From assembly GCA_016744975.1 (NCBI GenBank), contig JADGDI010000005.1, positions 1 to 57,790 of the forward strand: 57,790 bases of DNA, read 5' to 3'. This DNA is from Hyphomicrobiales bacterium. Its GTDB lineage: Bacteria; Pseudomonadota; Alphaproteobacteria; Rhizobiales; OSC116. Both the position numbers and the translations under genes were made by a program. Shown piece by piece: positions 1-9,312 of this stretch (position 1 is its first letter; each line of letters opens with the position of its first letter). Under the pieces are notes generated by a model, which saw nothing but the letters and a program-made list of their open reading frames with translations, was not told the DNA's origin and ran no database searches.

Positions 1-190
1 GCATGTTGTCGCCAATAGATTTTGAACAACAACAATTATGGAAGACCTGATGTGTCTACAAAATCAGGGGCTATTCAAATGGCCCAAATAGTAATCTTAA
101 AACACGATTGCAATTTATATGAGTCACCGAGCAGTAAAATTATTTATATTATATTGTAGACTGATAGTAAAATAAATGCCCTATACTTTT

Positions 191-204
191 TTTGAATAGC
201 GCCT
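191..204. promoter_or_regulatory. Shared motif TTTGAATAGCGCCT, copy 1, about 120 nt upstream of the TRAP operon
   Basis: The same exact 14-mer recurs at 12521-12534. Its 10-nt core AATAGCGCCT recurs in inverted orientation at 5651-5660. All three copies lie in noncoding promoter regions of aromatic-catabolism operons. Confidence 0.3.
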
Positions 205-324
205 ATGTAAATTCAATTTCCTCTTACATTGAGTGAATGATACTAATTGAATTAGAGATGTTTAATTGCGTAAGCTAAAATCAATATTAGTTGCAGTTCA
301 AATTTGGATAAAAGGGAGAGTATA

Positions 325-1374
325 ATGAAGAATAGATCTATTAAGAAACTCGTTGCTTTGGCTGCGTTAGGTACTGTTTCTGTTTTTGTCATGGCAAATA
401 CTACTTTTGCGGCAGAAACTATTGTTTTGAAAATGCATCAGTTTTTACCAGCACAGGCCACTGTGCCAAGTAAAATATTGTATGTATGGGCTGATAAAAT
501 TGAGAAGGACTCTGGTGGTCGTATTAAAATTGATAGATACCCTTCGATGCAGCTTGGTGGTAGACCGCCAGCATTGATTGATCAGGTTGTGGATGGTGTT
601 GTTGATATTGTATGGACTGTGGCAGGTTATACACCTGGTCGTTTTGTTAGAACTGAAGTTTTTGAACTACCATTTATGTCTTATAATGCCGAGGCAACTT
701 CTCGTGCATATTGGGAAATGATAGACAAGGATATGAAGGACAAGGAATTTAAAGATGTTCATATTTTAGGTGGTTGGGTACATGGGGCAGGTATTCTGCA
801 TTCGCAAAAACCAATTAACAAGCTTGAAGATATGAAGGGCCTTAAAATTCGTGGCGGTACGAGGGCTAATAATATGCTTTTAACGGAACTTCAATCGATA
901 CCAATCGGTATGCCCGTTCCTGGCGTGCCTGAAGCACTATCAAAAGGGGTTATCAATGCAACAACAATACCTTGGGAAGTTGCTGCACCACTTAAGGTAG
1001 CTGAATTAGTTAAAAATCATACAGAATTTACTGGTAAAGCCCTTTATACTTTACCATTTATTTTTGTAATGAATAAAGAAAAATATAACTCTCTTCCAGA
1101 TGATCTTAAAAAGGTCATTGATGATAATTCTGGATTAGAATTTTCGGCAAATGCTGGTAGAATTATGGAAGAAGCCGACGGGCCAGTACGTGAGAAAGCT
1201 AAGCAAGCTGGCAATAATATTATTGTGCTGGATGCGGAAGAAACTGCTAGGTGGCAAAAGTCTAGTGAAGCAGTTTATAAGACATGGTCTGAATTTATGG
1301 AATCTAAGGGCTTTGATGCTAAGGCGTTAATCGAAAATGCTCAAAATTTGATTGAAAAGCACACCAAAAAATAG
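325..1374 (+). CDS. dctP: TRAP transporter solute-binding protein (DctP family)
   Basis: It has an N-terminal signal peptide (..VFVMANTTFAAE) and DctP-like length and sequence. DctQ- and DctM-like genes follow it. The ATG at 325 is preceded by AGGGAGAG, so the TTG at 304 in the ORF track is unlikely to be the start. Confidence 0.85.
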   Translation: MKNRSIKKLVALAALGTVSVFVMANTTFAAETIVLKMHQFLPAQATVPSKILYVWADKIEKDSGGRIKIDRYPSMQLGGRPPALIDQVVDGVVDIVWTVAGYTPGRFVRTEVFELPFMSYNAEATSRAYWEMIDKDMKDKEFKDVHILGGWVHGAGILHSQKPINKLEDMKGLKIRGGTRANNMLLTELQSIPIGMPVPGVPEALSKGVINATTIPWEVAAPLKVAELVKNHTEFTGKALYTLPFIFVMNKEKYNSLPDDLKKVIDDNSGLEFSANAGRIMEEADGPVREKAKQAGNNIIVLDAEETARWQKSSEAVYKTWSEFMESKGFDAKALIENAQNLIEKHTKK

Positions 1375-1386
1375 TGTCATATGGAA

Positions 1387-1424
1387 TTGGTCATGAGCTG
1401 TTGAGCGAGACATGACCAATTTTT
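1387..1424 (+). terminator. Intra-operon hairpin plus T-run (attenuator or partial terminator) after the binding-protein gene
   Basis: TTGGTCATG (1387-1395) pairs with CATGACCAA (1411-1419), followed by TTTTT (1420-1424). This arrangement is typical between an SBP gene and its permease genes. Confidence 0.5.
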
Positions 1425-1447
1425 GGTAAACTGACGAGGGTTCTGGA

Positions 1448-1984
1448 GTGATCAATAAATTAGAATGTAGGATAGAATCTTTAGCAAAAATGCTTGCACT
1501 ATTTGGTGGCATCATACTGCTAGCAATTATTATTTTGACCAGTGTTTCTATCATTGGACGTAGTTTTATTTTTTGGGGTTTAAGCCCGATATTGGGTGAC
1601 TTTGAGCTTGTAGAAGCATCCATTGCACTTGCGATATTTTGTTTTCTACCTTGGACACAATTAACAAAAGCACATGCAACAGTCGATATTTTTACTGATT
1701 TATTACCTAGATCAATACAGTTTTGGATAAATTTTATTGTTGAAGTCATTATGGCAGTTGCGATTATCATCATTACTTGGAAGTTGTTTGATGGCACTAT
1801 ATCGAAAGCCAAATATGATGAGACAACCTTGATATTACAGTTTCCGGTATGGTGGGCTTATGCAGCTAGTCTAGTGGCTTCTTGCATCGGCTGTGTTGTT
1901 GCTACTTATATGATATATATCCGCTTTATTGAATTAAAAATGGGCAAATTAAAAACAAACGGAATAAGCGGAGAGTTGCATTGA
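1448..1984 (+). CDS. dctQ: TRAP transporter small permease (DctQ family)
   Basis: It is about 178 aa with four hydrophobic helices and sits between the DctP and DctM genes. It has a GTG start, and its stop overlaps the dctM TTG start (TTGA). Confidence 0.8.
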   Translation: MINKLECRIESLAKMLALFGGIILLAIIILTSVSIIGRSFIFWGLSPILGDFELVEASIALAIFCFLPWTQLTKAHATVDIFTDLLPRSIQFWINFIVEVIMAVAIIIITWKLFDGTISKAKYDETTLILQFPVWWAYAASLVASCIGCVVATYMIYIRFIELKMGKLKTNGISGELH

Positions 1985-3306
1985 GTAATCTAGAAATTGG
2001 TGTTTGGTCATTCCCTATTTTGTTATTATTGATTTTCATTCGGGTTCCCATTGGTCTTTCTATGCTAGTGGCAGGCGTTGTGGGGTCTTTCTTTATCGAT
2101 GGTAGTTTTTGGATGATTTTCGCTAAGCTAAAAAATGAGACCTATTCTACATTTTCCAGCTATTCCTTAACAATCGTACCTCTATTTTTATTAATGGGGC
2201 AATTTGCAAGATTAGGCGGTATGTCACAAGCATTATTTAAGGCTGCAGAAACTTGGCTTGGCCATAAAAAAGGTGGCATTGCAATGGCTGCAATTGGTGC
2301 TTGTGCGGGCTTTGGTGCAATTTGCGGCTCATCATTAGCAACAGCAGCAACAATGGGGCAGGTGGCATTGCCAGAATTAAAACGCTATGGCTATTCTAAT
2401 GCGCTTGCAACGGGCACATTGGCTGCTGGGGGCACGTTGGGTATTTTAATCCCCCCATCTTTTGTTTTGGTGATATTCGCCATTTTGACGGAACAAAATA
2501 TTGCAAAACTTTTTGTTGCTGCTTTAATTCCTGGGATATTGGCAGCGGTTGGGTATATTATTGCCATATCCATTTATGTAAGAGTTTACCCAGAATCTGC
2601 TGGATCTCGAGACAGAGCACCTTATAGTGAGCGTTTTGCCGCATTGGTTAGTGTATGGCCTGTATTGGCTATATTTTTAACGGTTGTTGGCGGTATTTAT
2701 TTGGGTATTTTCACACCGACGGAAGGCGCTGCGGTTGGTGCTGCAGGTACTGGATTTATCGCATTGATTAATGGCGGGCTTAATCTAAAAATGATGAAAG
2801 ACTCGATTTTATCGACCGCATCCTCAACAGGCATGATCTTTTTTATTATACTTGGTGCAACGGTTTATAATGGTTTTTTGGCATTAAGCCAAGTGCCACA
2901 AGAAGCGGCAGCATGGGTTGTTTTGCAAGGGTTTAACCCCTGGATGATATTAACCATTATCTTGGTTTTATATATGGTATTAGGTTGTTTTATGGACTCA
3001 TTGTCAATGATACTCCTCACAATTCCAATTTTCTTTCCCATTGTTTCCGCGTTAGATTATGGTTTGTCTCCAGAAGAGTTTGCAATTTGGTTTGGCATTT
3101 TAGTATTAATTGTCGTGGAGGTTGGTTTGATAACCCCGCCTGTTGGGATGAATTTATTTATCATCAACTCGATGAGTAAAAATACGTCATTAACCGAAAC
3201 ATTTAAAGGCGTGTTGCCATTTTTAACTTCAGATCTTGTGCGGACAGTGATCTTGGTGTTATTCCCCTCTATCACACTGGTTTTAATGCGCATATTATAT
3301 TATTGA
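1981..3306 (+). CDS. dctM: TRAP transporter large permease (DctM family)
   Basis: It is a 441-aa polytopic membrane protein with typical DctM sequence (..GQFARLGGMSQALF.., ..GTLGILIPPS..). It is translationally coupled to dctQ. Confidence 0.9.
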   Translation: MSNLEIGVWSFPILLLLIFIRVPIGLSMLVAGVVGSFFIDGSFWMIFAKLKNETYSTFSSYSLTIVPLFLLMGQFARLGGMSQALFKAAETWLGHKKGGIAMAAIGACAGFGAICGSSLATAATMGQVALPELKRYGYSNALATGTLAAGGTLGILIPPSFVLVIFAILTEQNIAKLFVAALIPGILAAVGYIIAISIYVRVYPESAGSRDRAPYSERFAALVSVWPVLAIFLTVVGGIYLGIFTPTEGAAVGAAGTGFIALINGGLNLKMMKDSILSTASSTGMIFFIILGATVYNGFLALSQVPQEAAAWVVLQGFNPWMILTIILVLYMVLGCFMDSLSMILLTIPIFFPIVSALDYGLSPEEFAIWFGILVLIVVEVGLITPPVGMNLFIINSMSKNTSLTETFKGVLPFLTSDLVRTVILVLFPSITLVLMRILYY

Positions 3307-3327
3307 GTGAGTGAGGTCTCAAAATGT

Positions 3328-3786
3328 TTAATGATCGATATTGCTAATTTTTTTTAATATTACTCGCAACTGATCATATTCCGTTTTGGTTAGCATTGAA
3401 AAAGCGTTTTGCTCGGCTTCGTCCACCTTTGCTTTATGGTTGCTAATTAAAGCCTCACCCTCATCGGTTAATTTCAATTCAATAGATCTGCGGTTTGTCG
3501 GTGGTACCGTTCGGGTGATTAGATGGCGTTTATGAAGGCTGTCGATAATTTTGGTCATGTTGGAGCGTTTGATTTCAAGAGTTTTTGCTAACGCACCTTG
3601 CCTAATGGCTTTATTGGCATCAATTAATATCAATATTGTATAGTCACTAATTTTTACTTCACTGCTTTTAAAAAAGTTAAAGAAAAGATTGTTAGTTTTT
3701 GCTTCTGCGATTCGAAGAAATAAGCCGGTATTATCTTCTAAACTTGAAAAAGAAAAACTAGCAAAGTCAGTTTTTTTGGGGGGCAT
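3328..3786 (-). CDS. MarR-family transcriptional regulator (candidate hydroxycinnamate-responsive repressor)
   Basis: It is 152 aa with a winged-HTH core (..QGALAKTLEIKRSNMTKIIDSLHKRHLITR..). It lies between the TRAP operon and the CoA-dependent side-chain genes. Confidence 0.85.
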   Translation of the reverse strand: MPPKKTDFASFSFSSLEDNTGLFLRIAEAKTNNLFFNFFKSSEVKISDYTILILIDANKAIRQGALAKTLEIKRSNMTKIIDSLHKRHLITRTVPPTNRRSIELKLTDEGEALISNHKAKVDEAEQNAFSMLTKTEYDQLRVILKKISNIDH

Positions 3787-3815
3787 ATTATTTCTAGCTT
3801 AGTTGACACAAATAT

Positions 3816-3848
3816 ATCTCTACCTATGAGTATTAAACAGGTAGAGAT
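3816..3848. promoter_or_regulatory. 10-bp perfect inverted repeat (ATCTCTACCT-N13-AGGTAGAGAT) directly upstream of marR
   Basis: Read directly from the sequence. It lies 30 nt upstream of the marR start and 28 nt downstream of the amidohydrolase stop. It could be a MarR operator and/or the terminator of the upstream minus-strand gene. Confidence 0.4.
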
Positions 3849-3875
3849 TAATTGACAATATTTATTTCTGGGAAA

Positions 3876-4742
3876 TTATATTTTTAATAATTTTCGAGCA
3901 TTTTCCTTCATTACTAATGGCACAACCTCAGGGCGGATGTTGATTTTTTCAAAATCTTTAATCCATCTATCTGGTAATATAGCAGGCCAGTCAGAGCCAA
4001 ATAAAATTTTGTGTTTCAAAATTGTATTTATATAACGAACCAGAATATCTGGAAAATATTTTGGCGACCAACCTGATAAATCTATATAAACATTTGGTTT
4101 GTGGGTGGCGATTGACAATGCCTCTTCTTGCCAAGGGAATGATGGGTGTGCTAAAATAATTGGCATATCAGGGAAGTCGGCCGCCACATCATCTATATAC
4201 ATTGGGTTTGAATAGCCTAATTTCATTCCCATGCCGCCAGGCATTCCTGCTCCGACACCTGTTTGCCCTGTATGAAATAATGCAGGCTTTCCTGTTTCTG
4301 CAATGGCTTCATAAAGTGGATATGCGTTTCGATCATTGGGGTAAAAACCTTGCATGGTTGGATGAAATTTGAAGCCTTGAATGCCAAAGTCTTTTACCAG
4401 ACGCAACGCTTCTCTGGCACCCATTTTACCTTTTGCAGGGTCTATGCTCGCAAAAGGGATTAATATGTCATTATGTTGCGCGGTTAACTCGGCCATTTCT
4501 TCATTATTATATCGCCTAAACCCTGTTTCTCGTTCGGAATCGACTGCAAATATGACTGCTGCAATATTTAATTTTCGATAATAATCTGCGGTTTCTGGAA
4601 TGGTAGGCGGATGCTTGAATGGAGATTTAAAGTAGCTTGTCATTGCATCTTGAAAATCGTCATAGCCATCATCAAGATGCATGCCACAAGGTTCTTCGGC
4701 ATGGGTATGAAAATCAATCGCCAGTAATTTATCTACATCCAT
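3876..4742 (-). CDS. Amidohydrolase-2 family metal-dependent hydrolase (candidate aryl-beta-ketoacyl-CoA hydrolase)
   Basis: It has an N-terminal metal-binding motif (..AIDFHTHAEEP..), plus ..ILAHPSFPW.. and ..LFGSDWP.., which are typical of TIM-barrel amidohydrolases (PF04909-like). The specific role is inferred from context only. Confidence 0.7.
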   Translation of the reverse strand: MDVDKLLAIDFHTHAEEPCGMHLDDGYDDFQDAMTSYFKSPFKHPPTIPETADYYRKLNIAAVIFAVDSERETGFRRYNNEEMAELTAQHNDILIPFASIDPAKGKMGAREALRLVKDFGIQGFKFHPTMQGFYPNDRNAYPLYEAIAETGKPALFHTGQTGVGAGMPGGMGMKLGYSNPMYIDDVAADFPDMPIILAHPSFPWQEEALSIATHKPNVYIDLSGWSPKYFPDILVRYINTILKHKILFGSDWPAILPDRWIKDFEKINIRPEVVPLVMKENARKLLKI

Positions 4743-4788
4743 TATTTAACTTTCTTTTTATTCATAAATTATGTTTTGTTGATCGGGC

Positions 4789-5559
4789 TTATTGGGGTAT
4801 CTCTAAACGGGCAGCCTTTTTGTCTAAAAATGCTTTTAGACGGGTTTTTGCTTCGGGTGTTGTATCGGTTAAGGTAGCCATCATAGACTCGAAGAACAGA
4901 CCTTCATCATAACCACTTTTATGGATGCGCGGTAAGGCGTTGATTATCGCATAATTTGCCAATTGAGCATTGGTCGCAGCGGATGTCGCTAATTCGAAAG
5001 CTTTAGAAAATGCTTCCTTTTTTGGTGTGAGATATGTGATTATGGCATATTTTTCAGCTTCTTGAGCAGATAATACATGGCCTGTTAGCATCATATCCAT
5101 CATCCGAGCTGTGCCCATAATGTCTGATATATTAACGGAACCGCCGCCGCCAACAAATATCCCATGTTTGCCTTCTGGTAATGCAAAAAAAGCAGTTTCA
5201 TCTGCAACACGAACATGGGTTGCAGCTGCTAATTCAAGGCCTCCGCCGACTACAGCACCATGCAAAGCAGAAAAATAAGGAATTTTGCCACGTTTTATAG
5301 TGTTGAAAATTCTATGCCAAGTGCGGGAATTCTCAATAGATTCAAAGGTGGTTTTTTCGACATGCTCTGAAAGGTCTAGCCCTGCACAAAAATGATCGCC
5401 ATCACCATAGATAACCCCAGCCCTAGCTTCAGTTTCAGCAATTTTTACTTTTTCGGCTAATTCGGTTAACATATCAAGTGATATAGCGTTTCTTTTTTCT
5501 GACCTTACTAATTTTATGCATGCAATATGGTCTATAAGCTCGTAGGATATTAGGCTCAT
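4789..5559 (-). CDS. Enoyl-CoA hydratase/isomerase (crotonase family)
   Basis: It carries crotonase hallmarks (..NAISLDMLTEL.., ..GDGDHFCAGLDLSE.., ..GAVVGGGLELA..). Confidence 0.85.
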   Translation of the reverse strand: MSLISYELIDHIACIKLVRSEKRNAISLDMLTELAEKVKIAETEARAGVIYGDGDHFCAGLDLSEHVEKTTFESIENSRTWHRIFNTIKRGKIPYFSALHGAVVGGGLELAAATHVRVADETAFFALPEGKHGIFVGGGGSVNISDIMGTARMMDMMLTGHVLSAQEAEKYAIITYLTPKKEAFSKAFELATSAATNAQLANYAIINALPRIHKSGYDEGLFFESMMATLTDTTPEAKTRLKAFLDKKAARLEIPQ

Positions 5560-5650
5560 TTTTATTCCGTATTTTGTTGACTTTTTAACTGTTTACTTTT
5601 AAACAATATAATTATGGATAGTTATTAGAAATTTGTCAAGGCGTTTTCTA

Positions 5651-5660
5651 AGGCGCTATT
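5651..5660. promoter_or_regulatory. Core of the shared motif (AGGCGCTATT, the reverse complement of AATAGCGCCT), copy 2, in the divergent ech/CoA-ligase promoter region
   Basis: A 10-nt match to the core of the 14-mer at 191-204 and 12521-12534. It lies 27 nt upstream of the ATG at 5687. Confidence 0.25.
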
Positions 5661-5686
5661 AATATTTTATAAGATAGAAAAATATA

Positions 5687-7561
5687 ATGGAAATAGATAT
5701 GAATTCAGTTAAGTCGCATGAAAGTTTAAAGCCAGATTCTGTACTTTTTGAGCAACCGATTTTAGACATAAAAATTAATGACGATGGTGTAATTTATATA
5801 TCTCAGACGTCTCCATTACCTGAATATAATCAAAAAATCACACAAATTTTAGAATATTTTGCCAAGATAAAGCCTGATCATGTGTTATTTGCAGATAAAG
5901 ATGAAGGTGGTAATTGGCGTAAAATAACTTATGCGCAAATGTATGTTCAAGTTAAGGCTATGGGACAGTTTTTACTTAATCAAGGAGTTAGCCTTGAAAG
6001 GCCATTGGTGATATTATCTGGTAATCAAATTGAACATGCTGTGCTTAGCTTGGCAGCAGCACATATCGGCGTGCCATATGCGCCTATATCGCCGGCTTAT
6101 TCATTAATTTCAAAAGATTTAGCCCAATTAAAAGGCGTATTTAGCCTGCTTGAGCCATCGTTGGTATATGTATCGGATCTTGAAAAATTCTCTCGAGCTA
6201 CAGATGTTGTTGTTAAGGGTGATGTTAAATTATTGGTTGGTAAAAAAACAGATAAGCCACATGATTTTGATTTTGAAACTGCAATTAAAACCGAACCAAC
6301 GGATGCCGTTGATGAAGCTTTTGCTAAAGTACAAGGCTCTACCATTGCTAAGTTTTTATTTACCTCTGGATCAACAGGTTCGCCCAAAGCAGTTATTAAT
6401 AGCCATGAGATGATTTGTTCAAATGCAAAAATGGTTACAGAGGCATTTACTTATTTAAAAAAGGAGCCACCAATCTTATTAGACTGGATGCCGTGGCACC
6501 ATACCGCGGGCGGTAATAAAGTATTTTATATGACGTTGTTTAATGGTGGCTCTCTTTATATTGATGACGGTAAGCCAACGGTTATGGAGATTGATAGAAC
6601 TGTACGCAATTTAAAGGAAATTTCGCCCAACTGGTATTTTAACGTACCAAAAGGTTATGATGCGCTGTTGGCAGAGTTTGAAGAAGATGCGGTATTACGC
6701 GAAAGTTTCTATAAAAATTTGAAGACCATTTGGTATGCAGGGGCAAGTATGGCTCAAAATACGTGGGACTTATTAGATAAATATGCAATTGAAACAGTTG
6801 GTAGGCCTATTCTAATCGGTAGTGCTTTAGGAGCAACAGAAACCGCGCCAGCAGCAACAATGTGCACATGGCCGCAAAAAACCTCTGGTAATATCGGCCT
6901 ACCATTAAAAGGCATTATATTAAAGTTGGTTCCGTTTGAGGATAAATATGATGCAAGGGTTAAAGGGCCAAGCATAACTCAAGGTTATTGGAAACAACCA
7001 GAGTTGACTTTAAATGCTTTTGATGAAGAAGGGTTTTATAAGTTTGGTGATGCACTTAGACCCGTTGATGAAAACAACCTTGATAAAGGCTTTTTATTTG
7101 ATGGCCGAACGGCAGAGAACTTTAAATTAGATACAGGCACATGGGTTGCTACGGGTAAATTAAGAATCCAAATGGTCGATCACTTTGGTGAATTGATTAG
7201 CGATGTTACCATTACGGGCGCTGATAAATCATTTTTAGGTGCATTGGTGTTTCCAAATTTAAAAGCGTTGCGTCGCATAATAGAAAAGCCAAATGCAACT
7301 TTAAAGGAAGTGATTGCCAATAAAACAGTGCAAGAGATTTTTTTGAAAAGCTTGCAAGCCTTGGCACAGGAAAGTACTGGCTCTTCAACCTTGGTGCGGA
7401 GCATAAAATTAATGGATGTGCCGCTATCTTTGGACCTTGGAGAGTTGACCGATAAGGGATCAATTAATCAGCGGAAGGTTTTAAGTAATAGGTCGCAGTC
7501 TGTGGATGAAATATATAATAATGCAGCCAGCTTGATTAGCATCACAGGAGAGAAAAAATAA
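5687..7561 (+). CDS. fcs: AMP-dependent acyl-CoA synthetase, feruloyl/p-coumaroyl-CoA synthetase-like
   Basis: It is 624 aa with an AMP-binding motif (..FLFTSGSTGSPKAV..). Its size and its context next to a hydratase and an SDR match Fcs-type hydroxycinnamate-CoA ligases. Confidence 0.7.
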   Translation: MEIDMNSVKSHESLKPDSVLFEQPILDIKINDDGVIYISQTSPLPEYNQKITQILEYFAKIKPDHVLFADKDEGGNWRKITYAQMYVQVKAMGQFLLNQGVSLERPLVILSGNQIEHAVLSLAAAHIGVPYAPISPAYSLISKDLAQLKGVFSLLEPSLVYVSDLEKFSRATDVVVKGDVKLLVGKKTDKPHDFDFETAIKTEPTDAVDEAFAKVQGSTIAKFLFTSGSTGSPKAVINSHEMICSNAKMVTEAFTYLKKEPPILLDWMPWHHTAGGNKVFYMTLFNGGSLYIDDGKPTVMEIDRTVRNLKEISPNWYFNVPKGYDALLAEFEEDAVLRESFYKNLKTIWYAGASMAQNTWDLLDKYAIETVGRPILIGSALGATETAPAATMCTWPQKTSGNIGLPLKGIILKLVPFEDKYDARVKGPSITQGYWKQPELTLNAFDEEGFYKFGDALRPVDENNLDKGFLFDGRTAENFKLDTGTWVATGKLRIQMVDHFGELISDVTITGADKSFLGALVFPNLKALRRIIEKPNATLKEVIANKTVQEIFLKSLQALAQESTGSSTLVRSIKLMDVPLSLDLGELTDKGSINQRKVLSNRSQSVDEIYNNAASLISITGEKK

Positions 7562-8322
7562 TGGATATTAAAAATAATGTTGCAATTATTACAGGTGGTG
7601 CATCTGGCCTTGGCGCGGAAACTGCAAAATATTTAGCTGCAAAAGGCGCAAAGGTTGCGATATTTGATCTTGATATAGGTAATGCAAAGAATTTGGCCAA
7701 ACAACTCAATGGAATTGCTGTTCAAGTTGATATTTGCTCAGAGGAAAGTGTTACCCAAGCGCTAAACATTGTAAAAGACGAGTTGGGGGGGATTCGGATG
7801 TTGGTAAATTGTGCGGGAATTGGCAACGCTGGACGTGTTTTAGGCAGAGAAGGACCGCTTGATCTTGCTGAATTTTCTAAAGTAATTTCTGTGAATCTGA
7901 TTGGTACATTTAACATGATCCGATTGGTCGGGGCTGAAATGAATGACAATGATATATTAGAAGATGCAGAGCGTGGGGTCATTGTTTCAACCGCATCAAT
8001 TGCGGCTTATGATGGGCAAATTGGGCAAGCAGCATATGCTGCTTCAAAAGGCGCATTGGTTTCTCTAACATTACCTATTGCCCGCGAATTTTCACGGATT
8101 GGAGTGCGAGTTAATACAATTGCACCTGGTATATTCCATACTCCGATGGTTGATACCTTGCCTGAAGCAGCGCAAAAGTCTATTGCTGCTTCAATTCCAT
8201 TTCCATCAAGGCTTGGGAAACCAAGTGAATTTGCTAGCTTGGTAGTGACATGTATTGAAAATAATTATTTAAATGGTGAAACAATACGTTTAGACGGTGC
8301 AGTGCGTCTTGCTCCAAAATAA
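7561..8322 (+). CDS. Short-chain dehydrogenase, 3-hydroxyacyl-CoA dehydrogenase type
   Basis: It has a TGGASGLG cofactor motif and a YAASKGAL catalytic motif. It overlaps the stop of the CoA ligase gene by 1 nt (TAATG). Confidence 0.85.
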   Translation: MDIKNNVAIITGGASGLGAETAKYLAAKGAKVAIFDLDIGNAKNLAKQLNGIAVQVDICSEESVTQALNIVKDELGGIRMLVNCAGIGNAGRVLGREGPLDLAEFSKVISVNLIGTFNMIRLVGAEMNDNDILEDAERGVIVSTASIAAYDGQIGQAAYAASKGALVSLTLPIAREFSRIGVRVNTIAPGIFHTPMVDTLPEAAQKSIAASIPFPSRLGKPSEFASLVVTCIENNYLNGETIRLDGAVRLAPK

Positions 8323-8331
8323 ATAATAAGT

Positions 8332-9198
8332 TTAAAATGTTACAGAGAGTTTTCTGAAATTTGATGGAGTAATTTGATTATTTTTTGAAAAAAACTTTGA
8401 AAAATGTGCCGTATCAATATAGCCCAAATCATATGCTATCTCAGAAATGGACATTGATGTATAACTGAGCAATCTTTTAGCCTCTAACAATGTCCGTTCA
8501 TTTATAAGCTGAGAAGCTGAAATATCCAGTATATTACGGCATACTCTATTTAAGTGGGTTGGCGTAATGTTTAAAATATTTGCATATTGCGCAACAGATA
8601 AGCGTTGTTTATACTGGTTGCTAATTTGAATTTGAAATTGACGAACTAAAACTTGTTTTTGGTTCGGTGGCGTGATCTCAGTTTTTAATTGTTCTGGAAG
8701 GTTCCTTACAACTTTTGCAATTAACAAGCCTACATGATTTTTGAGTGTAAACTCACGCAAAGGCTGGGCTTTTAAATGCTCTTCATTAATGTTTTGAAAT
8801 AGATTATCAAAAACGGAATGATTCGAACAAGCGTAAATGAACGGTGTTTGGAGATGTTCCAAAAGTACATTTTGGTTTTGTAGTAATTGTTTTAAATATA
8901 TATCAGGGATTGTCAGTACCCAACCTTCAGTGTCAGTTATAAACTTAAACCCATGCACATTTAAGGGCGGGATGCTGATAATATAGTTACCGTTAAGAGA
9001 TGTTTTATTTTTTTCAATTAACGCTGATCCACCAACGCTTTTAATATAAAAAAACTGATGCAAATTATGATGCTGATGTGGTTTAAATTTCCACCCTGTT
9101 TTTAAACTACGAGATTTAATAGATTCTATATGTAAAAAATCGGGAAATTTTTTATGATCATTTTCACCATATAAAATATAATTTGGTATCGATTTCAT
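8332..9198 (-). CDS. AraC-family transcriptional regulator (PobR/PobC-like)
   Basis: It has a C-terminal double-HTH AraC domain (..SVAQYANILNITPTHLNRVCR.., ..ISEIAYDLGYIDTAHFSKFF..). It is divergent from pobA. Confidence 0.8.
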   Translation of the reverse strand: MKSIPNYILYGENDHKKFPDFLHIESIKSRSLKTGWKFKPHQHHNLHQFFYIKSVGGSALIEKNKTSLNGNYIISIPPLNVHGFKFITDTEGWVLTIPDIYLKQLLQNQNVLLEHLQTPFIYACSNHSVFDNLFQNINEEHLKAQPLREFTLKNHVGLLIAKVVRNLPEQLKTEITPPNQKQVLVRQFQIQISNQYKQRLSVAQYANILNITPTHLNRVCRNILDISASQLINERTLLEAKRLLSYTSMSISEIAYDLGYIDTAHFSKFFSKNNQITPSNFRKLSVTF

Positions 9199-9273
9199 TT
9201 ACTGTTCATTTCTTTTATATTGTTCCAAATATACATAATATTGTCATTCCTGTCCATTTTAATTTTTGCTGAG

Positions 9274-9289
9274 TTTGATTAGAATCAAA
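9274..9289. promoter_or_regulatory. Palindrome TTTGATT-AG-AATCAAA in the pobR/pobA divergent region
   Basis: A 7-bp inverted repeat read from the sequence, 24 nt upstream of the pobA ATG. Candidate regulator site. Confidence 0.3.
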
Positions 9290-9312
9290 TAATTAAACAA
9301 AGAGGGAATGAA

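Noticed and set aside
304-324. The upstream TTG start for the TRAP binding protein. Analogous extended starts in the ORF track are at 13821, 20587, 26850, 27282, 33584, 42823, 51108 and 56175.
   Set aside because: In each case an internal ATG is preceded by a better Shine-Dalgarno sequence at proper spacing. In most of these cases the internal ATG also gives an N-terminus typical of the family, so I trimmed the coordinates accordingly. These remain predictions.
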